A stretch of DNA of 64,000 nt, taken from positions 29,594 to 93,593 of the forward strand of contig JBELAI010000002.1 in assembly GCA_049508975.1 (NCBI GenBank). The letters run 5' to 3'. This document shows, in pieces, positions 1 through 10,279 of the stretch; position 1 is the stretch's first letter; every line of letters begins with the position of its first letter. The stretch is from Terracidiphilus sp. Lineage in GTDB: Bacteria; Acidobacteriota; Terriglobia; Terriglobales; Acidobacteriaceae. The translations under genes and the position numbers were made by a program. Under the pieces are notes generated by a model, which made no database searches, was not told the DNA's origin, and was given only the letters and a program-made list of their open reading frames with translations.

Positions 1-156
1 CAGCGATCTCATCGCGAGTAACGAGTTCTCCATGGCGGTTAACGAGGAGCTGCAATAGTCGAATCCGCGACGCAGGGAGCCTGAGCGGAATTCCGCGCCT
101 ACGCAATTGCTGCTGAGCCGGCTCCAGCTCAAAGAGCCCGAACCTGAATGCTTTGA

Positions 157-774
157 CCTTTCCGCACTCAGTCCTCTCGAAAGTATGCCAAACCACTTCT
201 CTGGCTGACGCTGGCAATCATCGCGGCCACGGCCGTCGTCACCTACGACGTTCCTTTCTTGAATTCAGCGCATCGTGCTCGTCCCTTCTTCTTTTCCATT
301 CGCTACATGCTGATCCCGCACATTCTGGCTGCCCTTACGGCCGTTCTCGTTGGTCCATTCCAGTTCTCCACTCGCCTCCGTCAACGCCGCCCGCGCGTCC
401 ACCGAATGCTCGGCCGCGTTTACGCCGGGGCCGTCTGCGTGGCGGCGCTCATGGCTCTTCTCATGGGTCCGACGCAATCTCCAAGCTTCCGCGATTTCGG
501 GGATACGCTCGCGGTTCTTTGGCTTGTCTGCACATTTGCCGCATTTCTTACCGCGCGCAATCGCCAAATCGCCCAGCACCGCATTTGGGCGATTCGCTCT
601 TACGCAGTAACCTTTATATTTTTCTTCGATCGCCCCCCCTTGCACTTCGTTCTTCGCGACACAACGAGCTTCGTGGCTTACGTTTACATCCTGATGCTCC
701 CCGCCCTCGTTTTGCCGGATGTCGTATCGCATTGGCAGGCGTTGACGACGAGGCGCGTAGTTGTTAACCCCTGA
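157..774 (+). CDS. DUF2306-family membrane protein; 5' end defective (no in-frame start ahead of first TM helix)
   Basis: LIPHILA...GPFQFSTRLRQRRPRVHRMLGRVY and HRIWAIRSY are DUF2306-like. The frame is open from 157 and encodes a TM helix (KPLLWLTLAIIAATAVV) upstream of the track's TTG at 259. The in-frame ATG at 148 is followed by TGA at 154-156. Confidence 0.7.
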   Translation, partial: PFRTQSSRKYAKPLLWLTLAIIAATAVVTYDVPFLNSAHRARPFFFSIRYMLIPHILAALTAVLVGPFQFSTRLRQRRPRVHRMLGRVYAGAVCVAALMALLMGPTQSPSFRDFGDTLAVLWLVCTFAAFLTARNRQIAQHRIWAIRSYAVTFIFFFDRPPLHFVLRDTTSFVAYVYILMLPALVLPDVVSHWQALTTRRVVVNP

Positions 775-940
775 GTCGCCGCAGTTTCACGCAGGGAGAT
801 GCATTTTTTCAAAAAACATCGAAACCTGTGGAGAATCTCTGCATCTATGCGCTCAATGGGACTTTTCGCTTGTGAAAACCCCTTTGTTATTCCAGCAATT
901 GTTCTGCGACGTCACGACACTTCTACAAAAAGAGGCTCAA

Positions 941-1516
941 ATGAGATTATCCACAACTGCCCGCAGATGGACCGAAATCATATCCCGGACAATCCTCGCA
1001 CTATCGCTCATCGCGATTGCACACGGTCAGGAGGACGTTGTAACGGCCGCACACGCGACCATTCAAAAGGTCGATTCGACCTCAAAAACCATCGTGGTCA
1101 AAACAGACGATGGGGTCGGCCACACGATTCACTTCGTCGACAGCACGGCGGTTCATGGTGGAGATGCCGCCGACGTTGCCTCCAGGGATTCCTGGCATGG
1201 ATTGAAAGAAGGGGGAGAAGTCGTAGTCCACTACACGAAGCGTGGAACCGACGACACCGCGGTTGAGATCGACAAGGTTGGTGCAGGCGGATTGAAGACG
1301 ACCGAGGGCACCGTCAAGGAAATCGATAGGGGTGGAAAGAACCTGGTTGTTGTGGCTGGTGACGGGACTGCGCAAACGTTTCGACTCACCGGCCAAGCTG
1401 CCAAGGACACGGGAGCGGGCATCGGAGAAGGGACGAAGGTTACCGTCTTCTACATCGGCAAAGCCGGCAAGAAAATCGCGCACTTTCTGGGCACGACTTG
1501 GAGCGGGCCTTCCTGA
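941..1516 (+). CDS. Secreted hypothetical protein with two internal OB-fold-like (DUF5666-like) repeats
   Basis: AAGAGG RBS before ATG 941; signal peptide ending AHG-Q; repeats TIQKVDSTSKTIVVKTDDG / TVKEIDRGGKNLVVVAGDG. Confidence 0.75.
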   Translation: MRLSTTARRWTEIISRTILALSLIAIAHGQEDVVTAAHATIQKVDSTSKTIVVKTDDGVGHTIHFVDSTAVHGGDAADVASRDSWHGLKEGGEVVVHYTKRGTDDTAVEIDKVGAGGLKTTEGTVKEIDRGGKNLVVVAGDGTAQTFRLTGQAAKDTGAGIGEGTKVTVFYIGKAGKKIAHFLGTTWSGPS

Positions 1517-1525
1517 AAAAGTTCA

Positions 1526-1705
1526 TCATTGGTGCTGGTACACGCCAAGCGCGACTCGGAGGTGAAATGGGCCTGACTCGCCTCTCCGGTGGCCTTGGGG
1601 CACAAGCCCTTGCGCGATACCGGTTCCAAGTTCCGCCGCGACAGCCAATGCCATCCCGCTTTTTAGAAAGTCTCTACGCCGTATTGAATTGTGAATCCCG
1701 CCCAT
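1526..1705 (-). pseudogene. Truncated gene relic consisting mainly of a Tat signal peptide
   Basis: MGGIHNSIRRRDFLKSGMALAVAAELGTGIAQG is a twin-arginine signal with an upstream GAGG; only ~26 residues follow before the stop. Confidence 0.5.
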
Positions 1706-2014
1706 TCCTGCAACCTCGCAGCGAACCCTCCGCGACATTGTGAAGGGCTCCGCAGTCATTTTTCTCGCGAATCTTACACTCTAAACAATCCGAGGCAGGC
1801 ATTTGTCGAATGATTCCTATTTATATCTTTTTGTTTCTTCTATCCGGTAATCGAGCTCTCTAGTGAGGTAAGATGGGTAGAAATTAATAACCATCTCTCC
1901 GAGTTCTTACGGAATTGCACTCTTGCGTGAAGGAATTGCAATTTTGATTATCCCCATTCACGCAGAGAATGCGATGCGATCGGCAGAAAATCAATGACAT
2001 AGGATAATTAACCA

Positions 2015-3385
2015 ATGAGCTCTGACGAAAAGAACTTTGGATTGGGAGCATGGAGCCGGCGCAGGTTCGTGCAGATGGGCGCGGCGAGCGCAGTTGGCCT
2101 CGGCGTTTTGAATCTTGCGCATGCAAGCGGCGAAGACGCCATTACCCGCGGGACGATGATCGATGTTCCTTTTGAAAAGCGAAATCCACGGATTGCATTC
2201 ATCGGCACAGGGAAGCGGGGAACTTCGTTGCTCGATAATCTGCTTGCCGCGGAAGGCCAGGTAGTCGCGTTGTGTGACGTCGTCCCGGAGCATGCCGAGC
2301 ATGCCGCTTCATTGGTGGTCGCGGCCGGCCAGAATAAGCCGCAGCTATATACGGATGGCCCGTATGCTTTCGAAACCATGCTTGGCATGAATGATATAGA
2401 TCTGGTCCTGGTTGCGACGCCCTGGAGTTGGCATGCGGAGATGGCGGTCGCCGCCATGAAGCAAGGCAAAGATGTATGCATTGAGGTGCCCGGCGTGGTT
2501 ACGCTCGATGAGTGCTGGGAGATTGTAAAAACATCGGAACAGACACGCAAGCATTGCATGATGCTGGAAAACTGCTGTTACGGCTACAACGAAACTTTGA
2601 TTCTGCGGATGGTGCACGATGGCAAATTCGGCGAGCTTCTTTACGGTGAAGGAGCCTATCTGCACGATCTTCGCGAAGAACTTTTTTCGGATAATGGAGA
2701 AGGCCTCTGGCGGCGCGCGGAACACACCAAGCGCGACGGAAACCTCTATCCCAGTCATGGGTTGGGGCCTGTAGCTAACTATATGGACATGCAGCGCGGA
2801 GATCGTTTCGATTACATCGTCTCGATGAGTTCGCCCCAACGCGGTCTCGACCAATACCGCAAGGATCATCTCCAGGCGGGAGATCCGCGTCTCGAAGAGC
2901 GGTACGTAACAGGCGACATGAACACGTCGCTCATCAAGACTGCGAAGGGGCTCACCATCACCGTAAAGCATGCCGTCTCTACTCCCCACCCCTACGATCG
3001 CATTAACTTGATTGCCGGCACCAAAGGCATTTTTCAAGACTATCCGCCTCGTATTTATCTTGACGGCCAGAACAAGGATGAGTCGTATATGCCGATCGAT
3101 ACATGGAAGCAGTACGCACATCCACTGTGGCAGAAAGAAGGCCAGCTCGCGGAAAAGATAGGTGGACATGGCGGCATGGATTACATAATGCTCTATCGCT
3201 TGCTGCAATGCGTGCGAGAGGGCCTGCCGCCGGATATGGATGTGTACGATGCGGCTTCCTGGTCCGCCATCGGGCCGCTCAGCGTGACTTCGGTGAGTCG
3301 TGGCAGTGCTCCGATCGAGTTCCCGGATTTCACACAAGCTAAGTGGATGCAGCGAAACATCTCAGCCATCGCAACCCAGGCATAA
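2015..3385 (+). CDS. GH109 alpha-N-acetylgalactosaminidase (NAD+-dependent, Gfo/Idh/MocA fold), Tat-exported
   Basis: SRRRFVQ Tat motif; GTGKRG Rossmann motif; EVP, MMLENCCY, YPSHG and the GGHGGMD catalytic-His motif of GH109. Confidence 0.9.
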   Translation: MSSDEKNFGLGAWSRRRFVQMGAASAVGLGVLNLAHASGEDAITRGTMIDVPFEKRNPRIAFIGTGKRGTSLLDNLLAAEGQVVALCDVVPEHAEHAASLVVAAGQNKPQLYTDGPYAFETMLGMNDIDLVLVATPWSWHAEMAVAAMKQGKDVCIEVPGVVTLDECWEIVKTSEQTRKHCMMLENCCYGYNETLILRMVHDGKFGELLYGEGAYLHDLREELFSDNGEGLWRRAEHTKRDGNLYPSHGLGPVANYMDMQRGDRFDYIVSMSSPQRGLDQYRKDHLQAGDPRLEERYVTGDMNTSLIKTAKGLTITVKHAVSTPHPYDRINLIAGTKGIFQDYPPRIYLDGQNKDESYMPIDTWKQYAHPLWQKEGQLAEKIGGHGGMDYIMLYRLLQCVREGLPPDMDVYDAASWSAIGPLSVTSVSRGSAPIEFPDFTQAKWMQRNISAIATQA

Positions 3386-3432
3386 GTCGCGGAATACTAA
3401 ATCAAAACCCAGAAGATAGCTCGACATAGTCG

Positions 3433-5283
3433 TCAGTGCTTATGCCGAGGAAAGGGAACTCCCTGGACACCGGCGCTGGCAACGGGAGACGAAACGCTCT
3501 GACCGTTCGCATTGACTGACATAACTACATATTTCGCGACTCCCTGATCCGAAGCGGGGTAAGTGAACTCCGGCCGCGTCAATCCAGACCCTATAACTTG
3601 CGTGAGGTCTCCTTGCATCCTTTGCACCGTATAGGTCGCGGCCTTGGGCACAGAACTCCATGTCAAGTTTACGAACCGGCCATGAGTCGAAGCATGGACA
3701 TTTGCCGGCGCATCCGGTGGAGGGCCGCCTGGTAGCAAGCCGTAGACGCACATCTGGCCAGTCCCAACATTCTCGGTTCCGAAACTGGCGAGATATACCT
3801 TTCCATTTGCCACGGTGGGAGGGGCCATTTTTGAGTAGTTGTTGCAGTCATCCCGTCTGGGATTTTGCAACGAATTCCAAAGCTCGTGGTTGATATCGTC
3901 CGCATCGTAGGCGTGCAGAATGCCAGGTCGCGATTCGTTCCATGAATCCCCCGTTGCATGGATTGCAGCCCAGAGTATCCCATCCTTGTCCCCGTTTGCG
4001 GATAACGAAAGCATTGCCCCTGGATGCCCATCGTTACTATCCGGCCGCATCATGAAGGGAGTCTCGTCGAATTTGTTACCGTTGAACCGGTAAGCGCGAA
4101 CCCTGTCCCGCTGGCCCCATAGATAAAGCAGATTGCCGTTCCTGGCGCTCTTCCAATAGACCATGCTATGAAGATGAGAACTGGTTGCTTGAAAATGCTG
4201 CACGGCGTGCTCGTCGCCTAAATGGCCAAAATGATCCGTATCGATGACATACAGCACGCCCTCTTTGCCTCCACCAATCACCAGGTGCGTTCCTGGGATC
4301 AGGACGGCCCCTGAAGAGTTAAGGTCATTGTCATCCTTATCTAACTTGAAATGATTGGTCGGCGTAAACCAATCTACAAGGTGCATGTGGAAGTCGAGTT
4401 TGATAAAGCTCTCGCTGAACTGAGTTGTGCCGTTCCAACTACCGTTTCCGGTAATGAAATAGACATTCCCTTTGTCATCGACTGCGGGCGCCTGACCAGA
4501 CTGCCAGATACTTGCCTCTTGTCCACCCGGCGAAGTATTGAAGACGCCAACTTGTTTCAGTGACGTAGCGCTATAACCCAGCAGAAATCCATGATAAGGG
4601 TCCTTATCGCAATGCGATGCATAGCCAATAAAGACACTCCCACCTGAAAGGAATAATCCAGGGCGTTGATTTTGCATCAATGGATCGAAACCGGGAGCTT
4701 CAATGGTGGCGGGGCTATTGGGGAGATCCGCTCCAGTGGCAAGGTCCAACGCGTGGAGGCGTTGTGAGGACTGCGCGCCGGCTTTGGTCACGGCGACCAC
4801 ATACAGGGTGGTCTTCGCAGCATCGACCACAGGTGTCCCAATAATGCCCATATTCCCGTTGATGTCAGTGCAGCCGAAGTCCGCATCATTCAGGTTGGCG
4901 GGGGTTCCGAAGTTCACATGCCAGAATGGCGCGCTCGCGCCGGCATCGTTCGCATCGAACGCATACACGCTATTGTTGACCGTCGTCACGTATACGACAT
5001 CGTGCCAACCGCCCGATATTTTAACGCCGGTCACAAGCAACGGTTGTGAATATAACTGGTCATCTACCACCCGCTTGAAGAGCATGCCAAACTGTCTTGA
5101 ATTGACATTGGCGGGTGTTAGGGTCGTCTCCTCCAGGTTCGCTCCCGTCCGCTCCCGGTTGTTGTGGTGGGTGAGAACGTCGACCTGGGCGAAAATTGTA
5201 AGCGGAGAGAGAATCCAAGCGACGCAAAGCGCGGTTTGTATAACATGACCGATGTTAGCTGGGTTGCGGTGCTTCATGACCAC
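3433..5283 (-). CDS. Secreted PQQ-like beta-propeller protein with C-terminal FN3-like domain
   Basis: Signal peptide; VLTHHNNRERTGANLEETTLTPANV N-terminus typical of the acidobacterial PQQ-like family; VYAFDA, LHALDLATG, PTVANGKVY; FN3-like tail. Start may be 5277. Confidence 0.8.
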   Translation of the reverse strand: MVMKHRNPANIGHVIQTALCVAWILSPLTIFAQVDVLTHHNNRERTGANLEETTLTPANVNSRQFGMLFKRVVDDQLYSQPLLVTGVKISGGWHDVVYVTTVNNSVYAFDANDAGASAPFWHVNFGTPANLNDADFGCTDINGNMGIIGTPVVDAAKTTLYVVAVTKAGAQSSQRLHALDLATGADLPNSPATIEAPGFDPLMQNQRPGLFLSGGSVFIGYASHCDKDPYHGFLLGYSATSLKQVGVFNTSPGGQEASIWQSGQAPAVDDKGNVYFITGNGSWNGTTQFSESFIKLDFHMHLVDWFTPTNHFKLDKDDNDLNSSGAVLIPGTHLVIGGGKEGVLYVIDTDHFGHLGDEHAVQHFQATSSHLHSMVYWKSARNGNLLYLWGQRDRVRAYRFNGNKFDETPFMMRPDSNDGHPGAMLSLSANGDKDGILWAAIHATGDSWNESRPGILHAYDADDINHELWNSLQNPRRDDCNNYSKMAPPTVANGKVYLASFGTENVGTGQMCVYGLLPGGPPPDAPANVHASTHGRFVNLTWSSVPKAATYTVQRMQGDLTQVIGSGLTRPEFTYPASDQGVAKYVVMSVNANGQSVSSPVASAGVQGVPFPRHKH

Positions 5284-6628
5284 TATCTCCCATGGACGAT
5301 TTGGTTGATTCTTCCGTCGCAGCGGCTCCCGAAGAATTGGCCGGAGCGCGTACCAACAATAAAAGAAATGCGGTTGCGAATAGGGGCATCAATCCTGCAA
5401 TCAGAAAAGCCGGCTTGTATGAGAAGCGATCGACAAGAATCCCCACGGCGAAGGTAAAGAGTGTGCCGACCGCGCCTGCCGCCAATCCGCTGAGTCCTGT
5501 TACTGTGGCCACTACGTCCTGTGGAAACAGGTCAGAGGGGAGAGTGAGGCCCATGGTGGACCAGCACGCATATCCCCATAAGGCGAAGCAGATCAGCCCC
5601 AATGCAACATAGACACTGTGCACGGTCGCGGCGGGAATCCCCGCCAGTATCGGCAAGCAGCTGAAGACACATACCCATGTGCGGGAACGCAGTACAGAAA
5701 GACCACGGCGAATGCACAAGCCTGAGATCCATCCGCCAGTAAAGTTCCCGATATCCGCTGCGATAAACGGCATCCAGGCAAAGAGAGCAATGCGCCTCAG
5801 GCTGAACCCGCGCGCGTCACTTAGATATTGGGGGAGCCAGAAGACATAGAACCACCAGATAGGATCAGTGAGTGCGCGCCCCAGAACGATGCCCCATACA
5901 TTTCGATTGCGGGCTAACTTAAGCCACCGCTGCGCGCCGCGCTCTAGAGAGGTTGGAGGTACATCCTGACCGGCGCGGATAAGTGCGAGTTCTGTTGGAG
6001 TAACTCGCGGATGACGATCCAACGGATGGTAGACGCGTAGCCATACCAGCAGCCAGACAAACCCAAGCAGGCCTGAAAAGAAAAATGCGGAGCGCCAACC
6101 GAAGGCCAGTGCGATCAGGGGGATGACCAGCGCCGCAACGGCTCCTCCCACACTCGAGCCGCTGTCGAAAATCGCCACAGCCATGCTTCGTTCCTGACTG
6201 GGAAACCACTCGGCAACTGTTTTGCTGGCCCCAGGCCAGTTGAATCCTTCTCCGATTCCAAGGAGGAATCGAAAGGACGCGAAGCCGAAAACGGATGTTG
6301 CGAAACCGGTAAGTATGTTGACGATTGACCAGAATACTACGGCCAAAGCGAGCCCAAAGCGGGTTCCTACAGCGTCAAGAAAGATACCGCCAAGAAGCCA
6401 TGTTGCTGCATACGAGATTTGAAAGGCGCCGAGAATTCTGGCAAGGTCAGTGTGCGACAGATGATACTGTGCGGTAATTACCGGCGCTAACACGGAAAAT
6501 GTCTGGCGGCTGATGTAATTGGTAACCGTGGAAAAGAACAGCGTCCAAACGATCCACCAGCGCACGCGTCCTTTACCACCAGACTTATGCGACGAATCCG
6601 TCTGCGGGGCTAGATTCACTGAATTCAT
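5255..6628 (-). CDS. MFS transporter, ExuT/ACS-like sugar or sugar-acid permease
   Basis: 12-TM pattern; NYISRQ, RFLLGIGEG, VAEWFP, TDPIWWFYVFWLPQYL typical of ExuT-like carriers. Confidence 0.9.
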   Translation of the reverse strand: MNSVNLAPQTDSSHKSGGKGRVRWWIVWTLFFSTVTNYISRQTFSVLAPVITAQYHLSHTDLARILGAFQISYAATWLLGGIFLDAVGTRFGLALAVVFWSIVNILTGFATSVFGFASFRFLLGIGEGFNWPGASKTVAEWFPSQERSMAVAIFDSGSSVGGAVAALVIPLIALAFGWRSAFFFSGLLGFVWLLVWLRVYHPLDRHPRVTPTELALIRAGQDVPPTSLERGAQRWLKLARNRNVWGIVLGRALTDPIWWFYVFWLPQYLSDARGFSLRRIALFAWMPFIAADIGNFTGGWISGLCIRRGLSVLRSRTWVCVFSCLPILAGIPAATVHSVYVALGLICFALWGYACWSTMGLTLPSDLFPQDVVATVTGLSGLAAGAVGTLFTFAVGILVDRFSYKPAFLIAGLMPLFATAFLLLLVRAPANSSGAAATEESTKSSMGDSGHEAPQPS

Positions 6629-6685
6629 CGCATCTCGCTAAGTCATATAACTCAACAAAGGTACTGGGAAGGTTCCACACTTTGA

Positions 6686-8128
6686 TCAGACGCCGCGATC
6701 CGCGACTGGATGATCGACGATCTCCTCTTTCCGCGGATCCCAATACTGCTTCCTGCCGGTCCAATACGACTGTGTTGCCATGATGCAGACCAGTGAATGC
6801 GAGAATCCATGGTCAACCGTCGCATTTGGCTGGTTGCGGGATTGCATTGATTGAAGCCAATTCACAAGGTGATCGACATCGTCATCGTCGGGGCCGAGAG
6901 AGTTGGGCGCCGGGGCTCCAGCAACTTGGATAACTTCCTCGCCATCTTTCGCGGGCGCAACGAGCGGGAGTTTTGTGTAGACCGGCCCACTATCGAACGG
7001 ATCGATTTCCTCTCTGCCACCTTCGCGCGTGACCGAAAAGAGGGAAGCACCTTCCCCGCCGCGATTCTCGATGGTTCCGTCTCGACCTTGTATCCTCGAA
7101 AACCCTCGATAGCTGTTTCCAAATGTTGTTTTATAGGTATAGAGAAAGCCCTTCGGATAAACGACCGCAGCGACGCATGTATCGGGATTCTCCCGCCCAT
7201 CTTTCCAGGCAAAGATTCCACCGTTGGCCACGACGCTTTCAGGATAAGTTTCCCCGGTCCACAGATGCACGAGGTCACAGCCATGGCTTAACCATTGATC
7301 GAAAAGTCCAGACGAAAAGTCCTTATATAGTCTGAACTCGAGATATACGTGAGGGTCAAACGGGCGATCGGGTCTGCCCAGCAACCACCGCTTCCAATCC
7401 GTGTCTTCTTCTCTAAGTTTCGATGCGCGCCCGTAGAGCCACTGCTTCCACTCCATTTTAGCGTCCATCAGCATTTCTTTGTTGTAGCCGGTGTCATTCG
7501 GCGTGAATCTCCATCGCTCTTCATTGACATTCCATTCCTGTTCGATGTGGACGATGTCGCCGATTCTTCCGGAACGAATGATGTCTCTCACCGCAAGCGA
7601 ATATGGCTGGCTGCGGTGCTGTGTTCCCATCTGGACAATCTGTTTGGACTGTTTGACGAGATCGCGCGTTTCAATAGCCTCAGAGAGCACGTTGGCAAAA
7701 GGCTTCTCCACATAGCAATCCTTTCCAGCCCTCACTACTTCCGCACAAAGCTCGGCGTGCTGGAAGTCACCCGTAGCAATCATTACGCCGTCGAGATCTT
7801 TCATGGCCAGCATTTCTTCGGAGTACTTGAAGCTCTGCGGGTCAAGATTGAAGGCCCGCTTTACCTGAGCAGCCCGATGTTCCCGCGCCAGGCTCCAAAG
7901 ATCGCAGACGGCAATCACTTCTACCGGCGTCTGTTTGGAGGCGATCGCCACCATGTGCACATGTCCCTGACTACGGTCGCCACAGCCGAGTTGACCCAAA
8001 CGAATGCGGTCATTCGCTCCGAGGATGCGTGCATACGATTTGGCACTCATGCCGGCAGCCAGCATTGCGCCTCCTGCTTGTTTTACAAATGTCCGGCGGT
8101 CGATTTCATTGTTTGCGTTTTCAGGCAT
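6686..8128 (-). CDS. Gfo/Idh/MocA-family NAD(P) oxidoreductase, Tat-exported
   Basis: DRRTFVK Tat motif; GANDRIRLG, GCGDR, YVEKP, QMGTQHRS, DQWLSH. Confidence 0.88.
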   Translation of the reverse strand: MPENANNEIDRRTFVKQAGGAMLAAGMSAKSYARILGANDRIRLGQLGCGDRSQGHVHMVAIASKQTPVEVIAVCDLWSLAREHRAAQVKRAFNLDPQSFKYSEEMLAMKDLDGVMIATGDFQHAELCAEVVRAGKDCYVEKPFANVLSEAIETRDLVKQSKQIVQMGTQHRSQPYSLAVRDIIRSGRIGDIVHIEQEWNVNEERWRFTPNDTGYNKEMLMDAKMEWKQWLYGRASKLREEDTDWKRWLLGRPDRPFDPHVYLEFRLYKDFSSGLFDQWLSHGCDLVHLWTGETYPESVVANGGIFAWKDGRENPDTCVAAVVYPKGFLYTYKTTFGNSYRGFSRIQGRDGTIENRGGEGASLFSVTREGGREEIDPFDSGPVYTKLPLVAPAKDGEEVIQVAGAPAPNSLGPDDDDVDHLVNWLQSMQSRNQPNATVDHGFSHSLVCIMATQSYWTGRKQYWDPRKEEIVDHPVADRGV

Positions 8129-8240
8129 TGTAATCGGCTCCTGGGATGCGGCTTATTGTTTGTGTCGGAAGTGCAATGAGCAACAAAGACCATTCAAATC
8201 GATTGCCGAGTCTCCATTGCAGAGTTCGCCGAATATCTTC

Positions 8241-9041
8241 TCACCTGTAAAGCAGCGCATCATCCAGTTCACTTGCCGACTCTGCGTCCAAATAGACAGT
8301 TGCATTTGGATGGGTGCGGAGGATGGTGGCTGGACAACTTGTCGAAATTGGCTCTTCAAAAGCGCGGCGAACAATCCTCGCTTTACGGCTTCCTGGTACC
8401 GATACGATCAGCCTTGGAACGCGAAAAAGCGTGGGGATAGTAAGCGTGATAGCACGTTCAGGAACCAGATCAACGCTGTTGAACCAGCCCTCAGCCATTT
8501 GCTGCTGGCGGCACACGGGGTCCAGTTGCACAACCTTCGCATCCAGGGGATCCGCGAAGTCTGCCACAGGCGGATCATTGAAAGCCAGGTGGCCGTTTTC
8601 TCCTATACCCAGGAAACAAAGTTGTGGGCTGGCGGAGCGAAGCTTGTCTGCATAATCGCTGCTCGTCTTTTCTGGATCAGGCGCACTTCCATCAATCTCA
8701 AAAAACTCTTTCATGCTCACTTTGCCCGATAGTCTCTCGCGCAGATAGCGACGGAAAGAAGCTGGATGGCCCGAAGCTATATCGACGTATTCATCCATAT
8801 GAAAGCCGAGAATCTGGGCCCAGGGCAAATGTGGAATGCGGGTAAGCTCGTTGAGAGTTTCAAACTGCGAAGCACCCGTAGCGAAAATCACTCCTACATC
8901 ATCTTGAGCCTGAGCTAACTCGATCAGTGCTTTGGCTGCGGCGTGGGCAGCGGCCGTACCGGCTGCTTGACTACTTGGGTGAACTTCTACCGCCATGGTC
9001 CCAATCCGGTATAACTTCGCTGCCGCGCTCGTATCAGTCAA
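8241..9041 (-). CDS. Glucosamine/galactosamine-6-phosphate deaminase-isomerase (NagB/AgaI family)
   Basis: FATGASQ, FHMDEY, HPASF, LGIGENGHLAFNDP; TTG start with AAGGAG RBS. Confidence 0.85.
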   Translation of the reverse strand: MTDTSAAAKLYRIGTMAVEVHPSSQAAGTAAAHAAAKALIELAQAQDDVGVIFATGASQFETLNELTRIPHLPWAQILGFHMDEYVDIASGHPASFRRYLRERLSGKVSMKEFFEIDGSAPDPEKTSSDYADKLRSASPQLCFLGIGENGHLAFNDPPVADFADPLDAKVVQLDPVCRQQQMAEGWFNSVDLVPERAITLTIPTLFRVPRLIVSVPGSRKARIVRRAFEEPISTSCPATILRTHPNATVYLDAESASELDDALLYR

Positions 9042-9073
9042 TTCTGACTCCTTGGTGTTCGGCTCGATAATTA

Positions 9074-10195
9074 TTACACCCGATCATGAGAGCCGTCGCG
9101 ATGGATCGTGACGCCCTGAACCACTCGATTGATGACACCGTCCGGGCTGGGGTTATCGGGATTCAATCCAATGCGCAAGCTCAAGTGATAACCGAGCAAC
9201 TGAGGCCCGATGATCTCGTAGGGCGTGCGAAGGGCATCGTCTTCCTGAGGAGCCACAGCGGGAATGACGCTGTCGAAGAAACCGGATGACTCGGCCGGGT
9301 CAACGATGCCAACTATGTATCCGATCTTTTTCGCGCGAAGCTCATGGATCAGATCTAACTCGTATCGGCGGCGCACCCGATCGCTGGATAGCAGGCAGAG
9401 CACAAGCGTATCGGCTTTGACAAAAGACATAGGACCATGCCTAAGTCCCAGGTAGGTCTCGGTCACAACTGGGAAACGGCCGGCCGTCATTTCCAGCGTC
9501 TTGAGCCCCGCTTCACGCGCCCAGCCATGCGACGGAGACGAGGACAGAACCACGATTCGATCCCGCACGCGAACCGATACTTGCTGACACGCACGATTGA
9601 TTTCAGGGAGTAACTCATCCGCGCGTTTGCTGAAGTCGTTGACCGAGGCCGCGACTGCATCGGGCTGGGCCAAGACGAGGCCGGCCAATACCAAATTGGA
9701 AAACGCACTCGTCATGACAAGGCTCTTGTCATTGGTGCGCGGATCGAGAACGATGAGCCCGTCAAGACTCGCGTCGGACAATGCGCCCTTTTCATCGCAG
9801 ACGATAGCGAATTGCGGGATGTGCGGCCGAAGAATACGAATTCGCTCGACCACCGCTGGACTCTCTGGGCTATCGCCTGATCGCGCCAGGGAGATGACGG
9901 CGCCAACATCTCTTAAGTAGCGTTCTGTATCTATTAAGAGGTCTGTGGTGGGAATCGCCTGGGCATTGGGCCACGCCGCTGCGACGGAGCTTGCTGCATA
10001 GGCTGAGGTACCAGCTCCGGCCAGCACCACCCGTGTGTTTTGAAGCTTCTTCCTGAGTTGCAGCCGGTCTGATGCAGAACGAACTCTTTCTACGGTGTCA
10101 GGCCAGAGTAGAGGCTGCCGAAGAATCTCCTGGAGAGTATGTAGGGGTGCGTCGTGGCGGCTGGTCTCTATGGACAGGCTCGGAAGTTCGGGCAT
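9074..10195 (-). CDS. agaS: SIS-domain galactosamine-6-phosphate deaminase / tagatose-6-P ketose-aldose isomerase (copy 1)
   Basis: TLQEILRQP, GAGTSAY, SLARSGDSPES, TNDKSLVMTS, LGLRHGPMS, PDNPSPDGVINRVVQGV. Confidence 0.88.
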   Translation of the reverse strand: MPELPSLSIETSRHDAPLHTLQEILRQPLLWPDTVERVRSASDRLQLRKKLQNTRVVLAGAGTSAYAASSVAAAWPNAQAIPTTDLLIDTERYLRDVGAVISLARSGDSPESPAVVERIRILRPHIPQFAIVCDEKGALSDASLDGLIVLDPRTNDKSLVMTSAFSNLVLAGLVLAQPDAVAASVNDFSKRADELLPEINRACQQVSVRVRDRIVVLSSSPSHGWAREAGLKTLEMTAGRFPVVTETYLGLRHGPMSFVKADTLVLCLLSSDRVRRRYELDLIHELRAKKIGYIVGIVDPAESSGFFDSVIPAVAPQEDDALRTPYEIIGPQLLGYHLSLRIGLNPDNPSPDGVINRVVQGVTIHRDGSHDRV

Positions 10196-10279
10196 GCAGA
10201 AGCTCCGTTCGTGAGTCGGACGGCTTCAAAACATCGACGAGGTGTATTTCGAGAATCGTCGAAATCGAAGACGTATGTA

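Noticed and set aside
153-767. 204-aa + ORF overlapping the DUF2306 gene
   Set aside because: Arg/Pro/Ser-rich off-frame translation with no motifs; the other frame carries the family signal.
2345-3337. Long antisense ORFs (also 7349-8179, 10791-11633, 21074-21934, 41022-42134 and others)
   Set aside because: Shadows of well-supported genes caused by GC3 codon bias; no RBS or motifs.
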